DNA of 64,000 nt from an uncultured Acidobacteriota bacterium (GCA_963847075.1 CAWJYL010000002.1:20668-84667), one strand, 5' to 3'. Shown: positions 37,593 to 52,119, counted from the first letter of the stretch. Numbers and translations: made by a program. Notes: generated by a model from the letters alone, not told the origin.

Positions 37593-38687
37593 ATGAAGAC
37601 TACGGTACATCATATCAAAGTGCCTGGAAAACTAATGATTGCTGGAGAGTATTCCGTACTGGAACCTGATCGGCAATCAATTGTCGTTGCTGTTAATCGA
37701 TTTATGAGTGCAGAAATTAAAGATAGTGATCAAAACCTTCTTTCACTCCCACAATTGGGGCTAAACAATGTTACTTGGGATTCTACTGATGCTGAAGTGA
37801 ATTTTAGCATTTTAGATTCGAAGTTGACATTTGTTCAAAATGCAATCAAGACCTTCAATCTGTTTATCGTAGAAAAGTCGATTCAACCCCGACCTTTTTC
37901 CTTATTCATTACTAGCGAGTTGGACGACTCATCAGGAAAAAAATATGGTTTAGGTTCTAGTGCAGCAGTAGTTGTTACGACGATAACCTCTATGTTTAAA
38001 TTTTATGAATGTGAAAAACTACAGCCTACCAAAGAGTTGATTTATAAACTTGCAGCGATTGCTCATTTTAAAACTCAAGGAAATGGTTCATGTGCGGATA
38101 TTGCCGCTTCTACATATGGTGGATGGATTCGTTACGCTGCTTTTACATCCACATGGCTTTTGGATGAATTACATAAAGAGACGCCAATCCGAGAAATCGT
38201 CGAAAAGAGTTGGCCGAGTCTTTTAATTGAGAACATAACCCCGCCAAAAGAACTAATCCTATGCGTCGGGTGGACAGGTAATGTGGCAGCAACTGCACCA
38301 ATGATTACCAAAATCGACCATCTACGCGACAGCAGGCCGATAGATTATGCAAAGTTCATCGAACAGAGTGAAATAGCGGTGAGCAACCTTATTAAAAGTT
38401 TTGAAAATAACGATTGCACCTTAGCAATTTCAAGTCTGACAGAAAACCGTGAAGCGATTAACCTATTAAGCGATTCTGCTGGGGTTAATATAGAAACACC
38501 CAAACTTAAAACGCTGATTCAACTAGCTGAAAAGTATGGAAGTGGCAAAACGTCCGGTGCGGGCGGCGGCGATTGCGGAATCGCCTTTGTCCAGGATGAG
38601 AAAGCTGCAGAGCAACTGTATAAAGATTGGAAATCGGAAGCTATATTACCTTTACGCTTACATGTATCTCAATATGGTGCATTATGA
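37593..38687 (+). CDS. mvaK2: phosphomevalonate kinase
   Basis: PGKLMIAGEY, KYGLGSSAA, GSCADIA, KTSGAGGGDCG. Confidence 0.95.
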   Translation: MKTTVHHIKVPGKLMIAGEYSVLEPDRQSIVVAVNRFMSAEIKDSDQNLLSLPQLGLNNVTWDSTDAEVNFSILDSKLTFVQNAIKTFNLFIVEKSIQPRPFSLFITSELDDSSGKKYGLGSSAAVVVTTITSMFKFYECEKLQPTKELIYKLAAIAHFKTQGNGSCADIAASTYGGWIRYAAFTSTWLLDELHKETPIREIVEKSWPSLLIENITPPKELILCVGWTGNVAATAPMITKIDHLRDSRPIDYAKFIEQSEIAVSNLIKSFENNDCTLAISSLTENREAINLLSDSAGVNIETPKLKTLIQLAEKYGSGKTSGAGGGDCGIAFVQDEKAAEQLYKDWKSEAILPLRLHVSQYGAL

Positions 38688-38724
38688 TTCACTTCCGACA
38701 TATAGAATAAGGGGGTACGATTTA

Positions 38725-39759
38725 ATGACGGGATCAATTGACAAAAGAAAATCAGAACATATTCAGATTGCGTTAGATGAAAAAGTGACAGGACATTCTA
38801 TTTCAACCGGATTTGAACGTGTCAGTTTTCTTCATAATGCCTTACCCGAAATAGATTTCGAAGACATATCAATTCAAACAAATTTTTTAGAACATGATCT
38901 CAAGACACCATTTCTAATCAGTTCAATGACTGGCGGCGCTGAATTTGCTGAATCGATTAATCGAAACTTAGCTGAAGCTGCTGAAGAAAGAGGATGGGCA
39001 TTAGCATTAGGATCTACACGAGCCTTAATAGAAAGCGAAAAGTACCGTTCTTCTTTCCAAGTAAGGAAATTTGCACCTAGTATACCGATTATCGCAAATC
39101 TAGGCGCAGTACAATTAAATTATGGCTTTGGAACGGATGAATGCAGACGGATTATCGAGATTACCGAGTCGGATGCGCTGGTTTTACATTTAAACAGCAT
39201 CCAAGAAGTCATTCAACCAGAAGGAAATACTAACTTCAAGAATTTACTGCTAAAAATCGAACAACTTTGCTCTGAACTTGGTGTTCCCGTCGGCGTGAAA
39301 GAAGTCGGTTGGGGGATTGATGGTGCTACAGCTAAAAAGTTATGTGATGTAGGCATATCTTTTATCGATGTTGCAGGTGCAGGAGGTACTTCTTGGAGTC
39401 AAGTTGAGAAATTCCGCTCCAAGATACCAGTGAAACGAATCGCTGCAGATGCTTTCAGCGAGTGGGGTATACCAACCGTAGATTGCATTACATCAGTTAG
39501 AGATCATATCGAAAACCAATCGATTATTGCGAGTGGCGGTGTGAAAACTGGTGTAGAGGCGGCCAAAGCAATTGCATTGGGCAGCGATATAGTCGGAGTT
39601 GGTCGTTCGATATTAAAAGAGGCCACTCAATCAGTGGAAGATGTAATTGAAGTCATGGAAACAAGAGAGCTAGAACTTCGCTTGGCGATGTTTGGCGTTG
39701 GAGCAGTTACCCTTAAAGAATTGCAACAAACGGATCGAATAAGAGTAGAATCCAGATAA
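38725..39759 (+). CDS. fni: type 2 isopentenyl-diphosphate isomerase
   Basis: RKSEHI, SSMTGG, HLN-IQE, KEVGWG, AGAGGTSW. Confidence 0.96.
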   Translation: MTGSIDKRKSEHIQIALDEKVTGHSISTGFERVSFLHNALPEIDFEDISIQTNFLEHDLKTPFLISSMTGGAEFAESINRNLAEAAEERGWALALGSTRALIESEKYRSSFQVRKFAPSIPIIANLGAVQLNYGFGTDECRRIIEITESDALVLHLNSIQEVIQPEGNTNFKNLLLKIEQLCSELGVPVGVKEVGWGIDGATAKKLCDVGISFIDVAGAGGTSWSQVEKFRSKIPVKRIAADAFSEWGIPTVDCITSVRDHIENQSIIASGGVKTGVEAAKAIALGSDIVGVGRSILKEATQSVEDVIEVMETRELELRLAMFGVGAVTLKELQQTDRIRVESR

Positions 39760-39884
39760 ATTAAGTAGTACAGACTAAGAATTTAGTTTGTACTACTTTT
39801 TTTGAGTAACCTTTTATTTCAATTAAGAATAGTATGCGGATAGGGCAATTTATCCCGTTATTTATCTAAGAAGGGAATGGAGAT

Positions 39885-40070
39885 ATGTTACGAATCATTC
39901 TGGCAGCTATAGTAGTAGGCGTCGGATTCGGTATCGTAGTCGCAATCCTTACAGGCAATTTAACAAAAGAGGGCATAGCTATGGGATTGACTTCAATTGC
40001 ACTAATGATTGCATTGCTTGGAATCGCATATCTATATAGTAAAAAACAAGAAACAAGCACTAGCCACTAA
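39885..40070 (+). CDS. small two-TM membrane protein
   Basis: RBS ggaga, two hydrophobic helices, terminator after. Confidence 0.6.
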   Translation: MLRIILAAIVVGVGFGIVVAILTGNLTKEGIAMGLTSIALMIALLGIAYLYSKKQETSTSH

Positions 40071-40181
40071 TAAGCCTCTTATCAGGCTTTTTTGTTTTTA
40101 CAACTAATTGGACTAGTCATAATGATACGCCGGACAAACATAAACTAATAAACTTGTTGTTTTAAAAAAATAATAGAAGGG

Positions 40182-40613
40182 ATGTTCCTACTAATACAAT
40201 CAAGACTCTCTTTAGTAATAGGAAGTGTAATTGGCGCATTTGTTTTGGTTTATGGGACGGCGATCATGAATCGGGTGCTAGTTGGAGATTATTTTATGAA
40301 CGAGGGACTGTTGGATTTAAATTATGCTTATTTATCATTACTTTGTGCGATTCCGTTTGCACTCGGAAGTTTGGTTAAACTGAATATAACTACAAAAAAC
40401 CGTTTCATATTCATTATAGCAGCCGGATTATTATTTGCAGTGCTTTTTACCACAGTCCATTGGGCAATTGTTTATTATGGAGTGGAGATGGCTGCAGATG
40501 TCTTATTTAGAACATTACTTGTGTTACCGATTAGTGCTCTTCTTGTAGTATTGGCAGTTTATATTGGTTGTGCTATGGAAGGAGATTTTAAGAAAGAATC
40601 GGATATTATATAG
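40182..40613 (+). CDS. hypothetical four-TM membrane protein
   Basis: 143 aa hydrophobic ORF followed by a terminator. Confidence 0.6.
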   Translation: MFLLIQSRLSLVIGSVIGAFVLVYGTAIMNRVLVGDYFMNEGLLDLNYAYLSLLCAIPFALGSLVKLNITTKNRFIFIIAAGLLFAVLFTTVHWAIVYYGVEMAADVLFRTLLVLPISALLVVLAVYIGCAMEGDFKKESDII

Positions 40614-40821
40614 TAATCGCTCAAAATTGTTTTGATTTTCCTACCTTAGTAACTACTATTCTAACAGGTCGGTCGATGCACAAACATCGGCCAGCCTTTT
40701 TATGTTTTATACAATCTATGTGTGTTTTGCATTGGGACTTAAAAGTTTTATTTTCCGTCAATCTTTTCCTATGTCCATCATTTACTAAATAGAAAGCTAA
40801 TTGTTTTCGAGGGGGATTAAC

Positions 40822-40986
40822 ATGGGGAAAAGTAATAGAGGAAAAACATTAAAAAAACTGCCAGCAAAGGGAAGAGGCGAGTGTCCAATCTGTTTTCGCA
40901 CAAGAATAAAGTTATTGTATGATCTTAAAATTGATAATAACGAAACGATTACAGTATGTAAAAATTGTAGAGAAAAGTCTTATTAA
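40822..40986 (+). CDS. small basic Zn-ribbon-like protein
   Basis: RBS gaggggg; CPIC...CKNC; Lys/Arg-rich. Confidence 0.65.
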   Translation: MGKSNRGKTLKKLPAKGRGECPICFRTRIKLLYDLKIDNNETITVCKNCREKSY

Positions 40987-41071
40987 AAACTTCTTGCAAA
41001 TAAATAGTCCACCAAAGGAGAATGGATTTGCATTCTCCCTTGATGGATTATTCACTATGTGATACATACTC

Positions 41072-41962
41072 TTACATCACAATTGCTTTTACTAATAAAC
41101 CAAGCATTAATCCTAGAAATATAGAGGATAATGTTCCCAACAAGAAATATTCTGCCCAATTTCGATCATCTAACTGTTTGAAACGTGCAATCGATTTTGC
41201 CGCTATGATAAAAGCGATAGATGGATACGCACCAACAATTGTTAATGAAATAACTAGTAATCTCTCTATATAGCCAATTAGCTTCCCGCGTGAATGGAGT
41301 GGGATTGGAATAGGTAAAGTAATGATATTCCTCAGTAAAATTACTTTCGAATTTTAGGCTTATTTCTATCATTTGATTCAGTTAATTGATTCTTAAGAGT
41401 AAATTCCCCTTCGAAATTTGCAAGATTCAGATGGCAATGAACCTACTAATAATTTGATAATATGCCCACTCACACTTGTAGCTAAAATAAAAATAATGAC
41501 GATAAAGAGAAGTATGTTGACTACACCTAAACTGCTTGTCCCATCGTCTTCCTAGAAATGCAGTAAGCTAGTCATCATAGTCGTAGCGCTTCATATCGAA
41601 AGAAAAGAATGCAGGTGATGAGTAGCATCGCAACATGTAGTAGCTGATCTAATAAGAAAAACCATAATTTTTTCAAACTATTGCTGTCCGTTGTTTTAAT
41701 CGTGTCCAGCAGTTTTATTTCAGCACATCAATAATGAGATGTGTCACACAAATAAAAAGTAAGGGGAATAGGAGATAGCTGATGATGTTCGTAAAGTGAT
41801 AAATGATATCCCCAGATGATTGTCAATGCTAGCCCTGTTGTGATTAGGTGATGAAGCATATGCTTTTTTAAATTGTTTCATCTTATTTTTCACCATTAAG
41901 TCTGTTTGCAGCCAAAAGTCAGCAATTAAATGTGCAAGAAGTAGCAATAATACAACCATCAT
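41072..41962 (-). CDS. DUF3307 (SatE-like) membrane protein, multiple indels
   Basis: N-terminal AHLIADFWLQT; C-terminal IGYIERLL...AAKSIARFKQLDDRNWAEYFLLGTLSS by hand translation. Confidence 0.8.
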
Positions 41963-41976
41963 TTCTCCCTCCACTT

Positions 41977-42775
41977 CTAGTTAATTGGAAAATAATCATC
42001 AAGATGATCGCTCACAATTCTGCTTGATGTTATTTTGCAATTGATTATTGATTATTTGCTGGATAGATTCTGAATCGACCTCATTATGTGGTTGCAAGGA
42101 ATTCAATACGTTTACAACATCATTAAATGCACTAATAATATGATCAGATTTCCCTTTTTTTATATGGCTTGAAACAGTGGATGCCGACCGACCAAGATAT
42201 TGACTCACTTTATTTTGTTGGTTAAGGATGAGAAACAAAGAACAGACAAGTGACTGAATATCTGTTTGTTCATTTACTTGATCTTGTTGCAATCTTAAAA
42301 TGGTATTCAATAAAGTTTCAAATTGACTTCTAAAGAAGTGGTAACCTTCTAATGATTTATTGCTTGAAAAATCATCTAACTCAAAGTTGAATTGGTCTCT
42401 ATTTTGTTCTTGTTGTTTCAGCACATCATTGGAATATCTTGCTTGCTTCATTAATGGATGGATCCAAGTTTCTATATTGAGGGTACTAACATCGTCATGA
42501 ATGTCGCCAAACGAAAGACCAAAATAAGGTTTATGATCTTTGAATTTCCATATTCGACTAATATAAAAGGCAAGTGTATAAGCCGTTGCATAGCCACTAC
42601 TAACGACTACAATCTCATCACCAGAACGATGGATGACTTTAGTCGTTGCGATATCCTTCGTCCAGATAGAAATCCTTTCTTCTAAATGATGAAGATAATT
42701 ACTTAATTCACCTCCAATGTCTTCTACGGAAGAATTACTTACATCCATAATAAAAACAGAAACTGGATAAGTCAT
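41977..42775 (-). CDS. SatD-like protein: nucleotidyl-cyclase-like domain plus C-terminal HTH
   Basis: IMDVSNS, SGDEI, YFGLSFGDI; QQNKVSQYLGRSASTVSSHIKK; upstream of DUF3307. Confidence 0.7.
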
Positions 42776-42827
42776 AGCAGACTCCTTTCAACTGATTTCC
42801 AATTAATTATACCTCAACACAACAAAA

Positions 42828-42900
42828 AGTTCGACTATCTAATCGAATATACTAGTAGTTCGATTAGATAGTCAAACTCATAGAAAGTTTGATTACTTAA
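42828..42900. promoter_or_regulatory. three operator-like repeats at 29-bp period upstream of the SatD-like gene
   Basis: AGTTYGAYTA at 42828, 42857, 42886; first two form near-palindromic TTCGA-N8-TC(G/A)AA. Confidence 0.6.
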
Positions 42901-42939
42901 GCTTATTATGGTTTTCTATCCTTCCAGTTAAATCTAATA

Positions 42940-43317
42940 TCAGTCACTATCACGTTCAAATCCGAGATAGCGAGTGCCTTGGAAGGAGAGCATTCCTATA
43001 TCTGTTTCCGCCAACATTCCAAATTGTGGACCGTTTAACGAGAACTCTGTCCGATCTCCACTTTCAAATTGAAATGTTACATAATAAAACGTTGTCGTCA
43101 TCGAATGTGTATTATCAGTTGAGTGATGTCCACCTCCAGACGTACTTGTTCTTTTCGTGACAACTTTTGCGGGAACAGTCAGTTTCGGAGAATTATTATT
43201 TGAACTCCATTCGGTGGCCCCTTTAATGATTATAAAAATAAAAACGCCAATGATAAAAATAGGTACAATCGTAAACATTGCATTTCCAATAGGATTAGGA
43301 TCAAAAAACATAAGCAT
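42940..43317 (-). CDS. DUF2500 domain protein
   Basis: TM, then A-VV-KR, YYVTFQFESGDR, G-LSFQGTRYLGF. Confidence 0.9.
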   Translation of the reverse strand: MLMFFDPNPIGNAMFTIVPIFIIGVFIFIIIKGATEWSSNNNSPKLTVPAKVVTKRTSTSGGGHHSTDNTHSMTTTFYYVTFQFESGDRTEFSLNGPQFGMLAETDIGMLSFQGTRYLGFERDSD

Positions 43318-43489
43318 TGCCTCCAATCGGTATACTAGCAAATATACGTTTATTTTAACGAAAGGTTTCATTTCAGGTGTTCAGATTATTTTTGTACAAT
43401 CCAAATGGGTTGATTTAGCCTGCATTGAAACCTTTCGTCGATTCTCTCGTATCATAGATAGGGGTTATATACGGGAGGGGAATGATGGT

Positions 43490-44134
43490 TTGCCATTTAT
43501 AGTGGAACATCAATGGGGAATTTTTATAACGATTGAATTATTATCGGTAATTTCACTTTTTCTTTTTGGGTTTTTACGTTATTTATTTAATAAACAGAGG
43601 GTAAGTTTATTGGCGATTGGTGCCTTTCTTGTGTTGCTACTAATCGAAGCGTTGCTGGGCATACTGATTTATCAAGAAACAAAAGAGATTTCCACATTCC
43701 AAATTGTTATCATCATTTTTGTTGTGTATGCATGCACATTCGGGATTATCGATTTTCTGAAATTGGATCGCTGGATGCGGAAGACAGTAGGGAAGTGGCG
43801 CAATGTTGAACTTTTAACGAACAAAGACTACGCAATTATAAAGCGCGAAAAGAACCCAAAATTTGTTGCAAAAAAGTATCGAGTAACATCGACGATTCAC
43901 TTGGTTTTGTTTTTGATTGGACAATCAATTTTATGGTTTTATGGAACTGGAAGTTTGAATGGGATATTAAATTTTTTAACAGACTTTACATGGGTTGAGG
44001 CAGGAACAGCTGAACAATCGCCATATGCGAATGAAGCAGCGTACTCAATTGGAATGATATGGACGTTAGTTTTTGTTATTGATTTTATATATTCCTGGTC
44101 ATTCACAATTTTTCCAGCTAAACAGAAAACATAA
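43490..44134 (+). CDS. hypothetical multi-pass membrane protein
   Basis: RBS gggagggg with in-frame TTG at 43490; several TM helices. Confidence 0.7.
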   Translation: MPFIVEHQWGIFITIELLSVISLFLFGFLRYLFNKQRVSLLAIGAFLVLLLIEALLGILIYQETKEISTFQIVIIIFVVYACTFGIIDFLKLDRWMRKTVGKWRNVELLTNKDYAIIKREKNPKFVAKKYRVTSTIHLVLFLIGQSILWFYGTGSLNGILNFLTDFTWVEAGTAEQSPYANEAAYSIGMIWTLVFVIDFIYSWSFTIFPAKQKT

Positions 44135-44211
44135 TGTTGATCATTCTAGTTCAGCAGCATGTATTGATACACACCTCCTGACTCATCATAACAGCAAGGA
44201 GGTGGAGCCAC

Positions 44212-44367
44212 ATGGCACAAGAAATTTTATGTGAAGTTAATAACTGTAAATTTTGGAGCAATGGGAACAGATGTAGTGCAAAATCTATTTATGTTGTTAG
44301 CCAAAAGGGAAAAAAAGCAAAAAGCAGTGAAGAAACGGATTGTAAAACGTTTGTGCCGAGAGACTAA
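44212..44367 (+). CDS. DUF1540 domain protein (absent from ORF track)
   Basis: RBS aaggaggtg; MAQEILCEVNNCKFW...CSAKSIYV...ETDCKTF. Confidence 0.85.
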   Translation: MAQEILCEVNNCKFWSNGNRCSAKSIYVVSQKGKKAKSSEETDCKTFVPRD

Positions 44368-44380
44368 ATTGTAAGTTGAT

Positions 44381-45677
<1,297 letters not shown>

Positions 45678-45678
<1 letters not shown>

Positions 45679-45714
45679 AAGGGACCTATAACAATGAGTC
45701 CCTTTTCTATTTTT
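45678..45714 (+). terminator. intrinsic terminator
   Basis: aagggac/gtccctt stem plus T-rich tail. Confidence 0.65.
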
Positions 45715-45722
45715 CATTTTTA

Positions 45723-45750
45723 AGTTGACATAATATATATTATCGGTAGC
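45723..45750 (-). other. dif: dif site (Xer chromosome dimer resolution)
   Basis: GCTACCGATAA-TATATA-TTATGTCAACT vs B. subtilis ACTTCCTAGAA-TATATA-TTATGTAAACT; gene strand bias flips here. Confidence 0.88.
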
Positions 45751-45844
45751 TACGTATCATTAATAAGTATACTCTTGATAGTGAGATAAAACGAAAAAAA
45801 GAGCTTATTTTATAGTTTAGGTGAAAAATCGCATTTTTAATAAA

Positions 45845-46279
45845 TCAGTTCAATCTCATTACAAATCCCGTACTTTTTGCCGTAAATCCATTATCTAAAT
45901 AAAACTTATGAGCTGCTTTACGATCTATTCGATTTCCACTATTTAAAACAAGTGTATTTCCATCCAGATCACTAACGATTTCTTTAGCTCTGTCAATTAG
46001 CTTTTTACCAATGCCATTCTTTCTGTATTGCTTATTTACTACTAAACACACAATTCTTCCATAGCAACCACTAAATTCATAAGCTAAACCTATGTGTAAA
46101 CCCAATAATCCTACAACTTCATTCTCTAATTCTGCAACAATTGTGTGATAATCAGGATTATTTGCGATTTCTAATAATCTATTTTCCATCTTACTTACAG
46201 GCGTTTCATAACCTAATTCATCCATAAGATCCGTTATATGAATCAGATCTGTTTCATTAACATTTCGAATTAACATCAT
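45845..46279 (-). CDS. GNAT family N-acetyltransferase
   Basis: LVV..YRKNGIGKKL acetyl-CoA motif, AHKFY..GF. Confidence 0.9.
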   Translation of the reverse strand: MMLIRNVNETDLIHITDLMDELGYETPVSKMENRLLEIANNPDYHTIVAELENEVVGLLGLHIGLAYEFSGCYGRIVCLVVNKQYRKNGIGKKLIDRAKEIVSDLDGNTLVLNSGNRIDRKAAHKFYLDNGFTAKSTGFVMRLN

Positions 46280-46355
46280 CCTGTCCTCCTTTTCAATCGT
46301 TAAACTCATTAATACTATTTAAACAAACAATTTACAAGAGAAAAACCGCAAAAAG

Positions 46356-47584
46356 TTAAATACTTTCTGCGGTAGTTAGCTTAGGTTCTTGTTCTTCCAA
46401 CACAATATTTCTTCTTTTCATTTGAACAAAAAACAAAACTGTCAAACTTAGACTGATCATGCCGAATACAATGACCATCAATTGTAGACCGATAATATCA
46501 AGAAATGCGCCAGCTGTTAATAATACAACCTGGAACATGACTCGTTCCAACATATTCCGAAACGAGAAAAATCGTCCGTGATACTCTTTTGGCATTTGTT
46601 TTTGAAAAATAACCATTGCTGTTGGAAAAAAACATCCTAATGCGAAACCTAGTACTGCAAATGCTGATAATGTAATAAATGTACTTTCCACAAAGAACAG
46701 CATAAATTCAGCAACGGCAACCATTGTTGCAAAGAAAAATAAAATAGTAGTCGTTCGCCATTTTTTTGAAATGTATTTCACCACAAACGCCCCGGCCATA
46801 AATGCAATTCCTTCAAATGTATAAACAAGGCCTTTAATAGCTGCTGAATCTTGAATTTCACTAATGTTTATGACGATTAAATTAAATGAACCGATGAATA
46901 GTAATGGAATTAGCGTCATAATTAATGTCATACCAACCGCAGGATAGGCTTTTAACACTGGAAATACTTCCATAAACCCACCTGAATTCTTCGACGTGGA
47001 TTTGACTTCGCTTCCCTTCCCTCTTCCTCATCGATGCGTAGCATCATCGTGAATATGAGAAGTGCTCCGTATGCAATCATGGAAATCCAGTACAAGGAGA
47101 TTAGTGACCAGTAGACCAGCATTAATCCCGCTAGAGCAGTTCCAATGAACGTGAGATGGTCGCAACATTCATATGCATACCATTCATCGTTAACAAATCA
47201 TCGTCTTTAACAACGAGTGGGATCGTTGCTTGTAATGCCGGAAAATAAAATGTAGCTGACAATTGGATACTGATCATAAAGGCAACCATCCACCAAATCG
47301 ATCCCGTACGCAATTGCAATTAGCATAAAAATTACACTAAACATTCGGCCAAGGCCTGAAATAAGAAGAACAGTTTTTTTCTTAGATTGGTCAATTATCT
47401 TCCCGGCAAGTGGTCCTGCAACAAGACCCGCTAGAAGTCCAGTTGACATTATAAGTGCTTTTAGAAAATCTGAAGGTACTTTTTCTTGCATGAATTCAAG
47501 ATTACCAATAATTCCAGTCCATAATCCTAGCCCAGCTATCATTTCCCCAAACAAAATTATCCAAATATTTCGATTTCTCCACAT
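46356..47584 (-). CDS. MFS transporter, frameshifted
   Basis: GPLAGKIID-SKKK motif A, FPALQATIP, multiple TM. Confidence 0.85.
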
Positions 47585-47711
47585 ACCTCTATCCCCGTTC
47601 TGTTTATTATCGCATTGCATTATATTTCGTATGTCGAACCATTATACGTCAAAAAAAATAAATAGTCACGGGAATATTTTCATTCCGTGACAATCATTTG
47701 CTAACTTTATT

Positions 47712-50136
47712 CTAATTCAGCTTTGGGTCTTTGTATATATGGGTTACTTGTCCATCTATTTTCTCGTCTGCTATGAAACTTCCATTTGAATAACGATCCA
47801 CTAGTCTCAATGCTCCAGCAAGAATTGGTATTTTATTATTTTTCTCAGTTGCTAACACAATGATTTCATCATTAGTCACCATTTTAACACCAATAACTTC
47901 ATGCGGATTTGATTGTAAGACTCTTAAAACAACCACTCCACGCTGAGCCCTCTTTGCAGTTTCGAATTCTCTTAAATTCATTCGTTTTGCAGCACCACGT
48001 TGAGTTGCAAGAACCAGTGAGGCATTATCTTCACGAACAACTACCATGGACACAAGTTTATCTTCATCTTTTAAATTTATTCCTTTGACGCCGGCAGTTC
48101 TGATACCAGTGACGGATAATTCGTCGAGTGGGAATCGAAGTGCATAATGCCTGATCTGTGAATAAGATGACATCCTCGTCACCTTTAACAAGCTGTGCAT
48201 CGACCATTTGATCACCTTTACGTATTCCCATTGCTTTAAATGTACGATTAAAACGTTTCACTTCATAAGCTTGCAAGGCTTGATTGTTTAATCAAACCAT
48301 TTTGAGATACGGTGATAATGTTTGCATCTTCCTCGAATTTCTCTAATCCAATCGCTGCAATGATTGTTTCGTTTTGTTCGAGCGGAATGATACTTGATAT
48401 ATGTTGTCCTAAATCTCGCCATCTGAATATCAGGTAATTCGTGTATAGGTTGATACAAATAATTTCCAAATGATGTAAATAGCAACAAATGATGCTGTGT
48501 ATTCATTGGAGATTCAAATAACATATAATCGGAGTCTTTCATGTCATGTCCAGTTCCATTCGATGCGGTATAAGAACGAACGCTCGTCCGTTTCACATAA
48601 CCATCTTTTGTTACTGAAACGATAAACTTCCTCACTCGGAATTAGTATATCAATATCTACTTTAATTTCTTCGATTTTCTCTTCAATATCCGATCTTCTC
48701 GGCTCAGCAAATTGTTTTCGAATTGATGAAAGTTCTTTTTTAATAACATTCGAAAGCTTTTTATCGCTTTTTAAGATTGCATCCAATTTGTCAATTAATT
48801 TTCGAAGTTCTTCGTCTTCTCTTTGCAACTCGGTAATATCCGTGTTCGTTAAACGATAAAGTTGTAACGAAACAATTGCTTCAGCTTGCACTTCAGAAAA
48901 TTCGAATTTCGAAATAATGTTATTTTTAGCATCTCGCTTATCTTTAGATGCACGAATTGTTTTAATCACTTCATCAAGAATCGACAATGCTTTCATAAGA
49001 CCTTCTACAATATGTAGCCGATCTTTTGCTTTTTGAATATCGTATTGTGATCTGCGTGTAACAACTTCTTTTTGATGGTCAATATACGCATCAAGAAGCA
49101 TTGGAAGTGACATTAAGTGTTGGTCTCGTCCAGCAATGGCAATCATATTAAAGTTATACGTGACTTGTAAGTCAGTGTTTTTAAGCATGTATTGTAAAAT
49201 TCCATTACTATCTGTTTCTTTTTTCAATTCGATTACGATACGTAGACCCGTACGGTCAGATTCATCACGTACATCTGCAATTCCGTCAAGTTTTCGATCG
49301 ATTCGAAGCTCATCCATACGTTTAACCATATTGGCTTTGTTGACTTCATAAGGGATTTCCGTGATAACAATTTGTGATTTTCCGCCTTTAATTTGTTCAA
49401 TGGAAGTTTTGGCACGGATGATAATGCGACCTTTTCCTGTTTCATAAGCTTTTTTAATGCCGTCTGTTCCTTGAATGATTCCACCTGTTGGGAAATCGGG
49501 CCCTTTTATAACAGTCATTAATTCTTCAACAGTTACTTTAGGATTATCTATCCGTAAAAGAACCGCATCCAGCACTTCATGAAGTGCATGCGGTGGAATG
49601 TCTGTTGCATATCCAGCCGAAATACCCGTTGAGCCATTTACTAGTAAATTTGGGATATCGTGATGGAAGAACTGTTGGTTCAGGTTCCGTTTCATCAAAG
49701 TTCGGGACGAAATCTACCGTATTTTTACTAATATCGCGTAGCATTTCACCGGCAATTCGCAGAAAGGCGGGCTTCTGTATAACGCATCGCTGCTGCAGAA
49801 TCCCCGTCAACTGAACCGTTGTTACCGTGCATTTCAATCATCATATGACGAAGTTTCCAGTCTTGACTCATACGAACCATTGCCTCATAAACAGACGAAT
49901 CACCATGCGGATGATAGTTACCGATTACGTTACCGACTGTTTTCGCGGATTTTCGGAATGCTTTTTCATGTGTATTTCCTTCATGAAACATCGCATATAA
50001 AATCCGACGTTGAACAGGTTTTAAGCCATCTCTTGCATCTGGTAATGCCCGGTCCTGAATGATGTATTTACTATATCTTCCGAACCGATCACCAACAACT
50101 TCTTCAAGCGGAAGGTCTTGAAATCGTTCTACAATG

Positions 50137-50144
<8 letters not shown>
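47712..50144 (-). CDS. parC: DNA topoisomerase IV subunit A, frameshifted
   Basis: [42 protein letters not shown]. Confidence 0.96.

Positions 50145-52119
<1,975 letters not shown>

Noticed and set aside
43157-43489. N-terminal extension of the 325-aa ORF overlapping DUF2500
   Set aside because: It is antisense to a well-supported gene; a strong RBS with in-frame TTG at 43490 gives the likely start.
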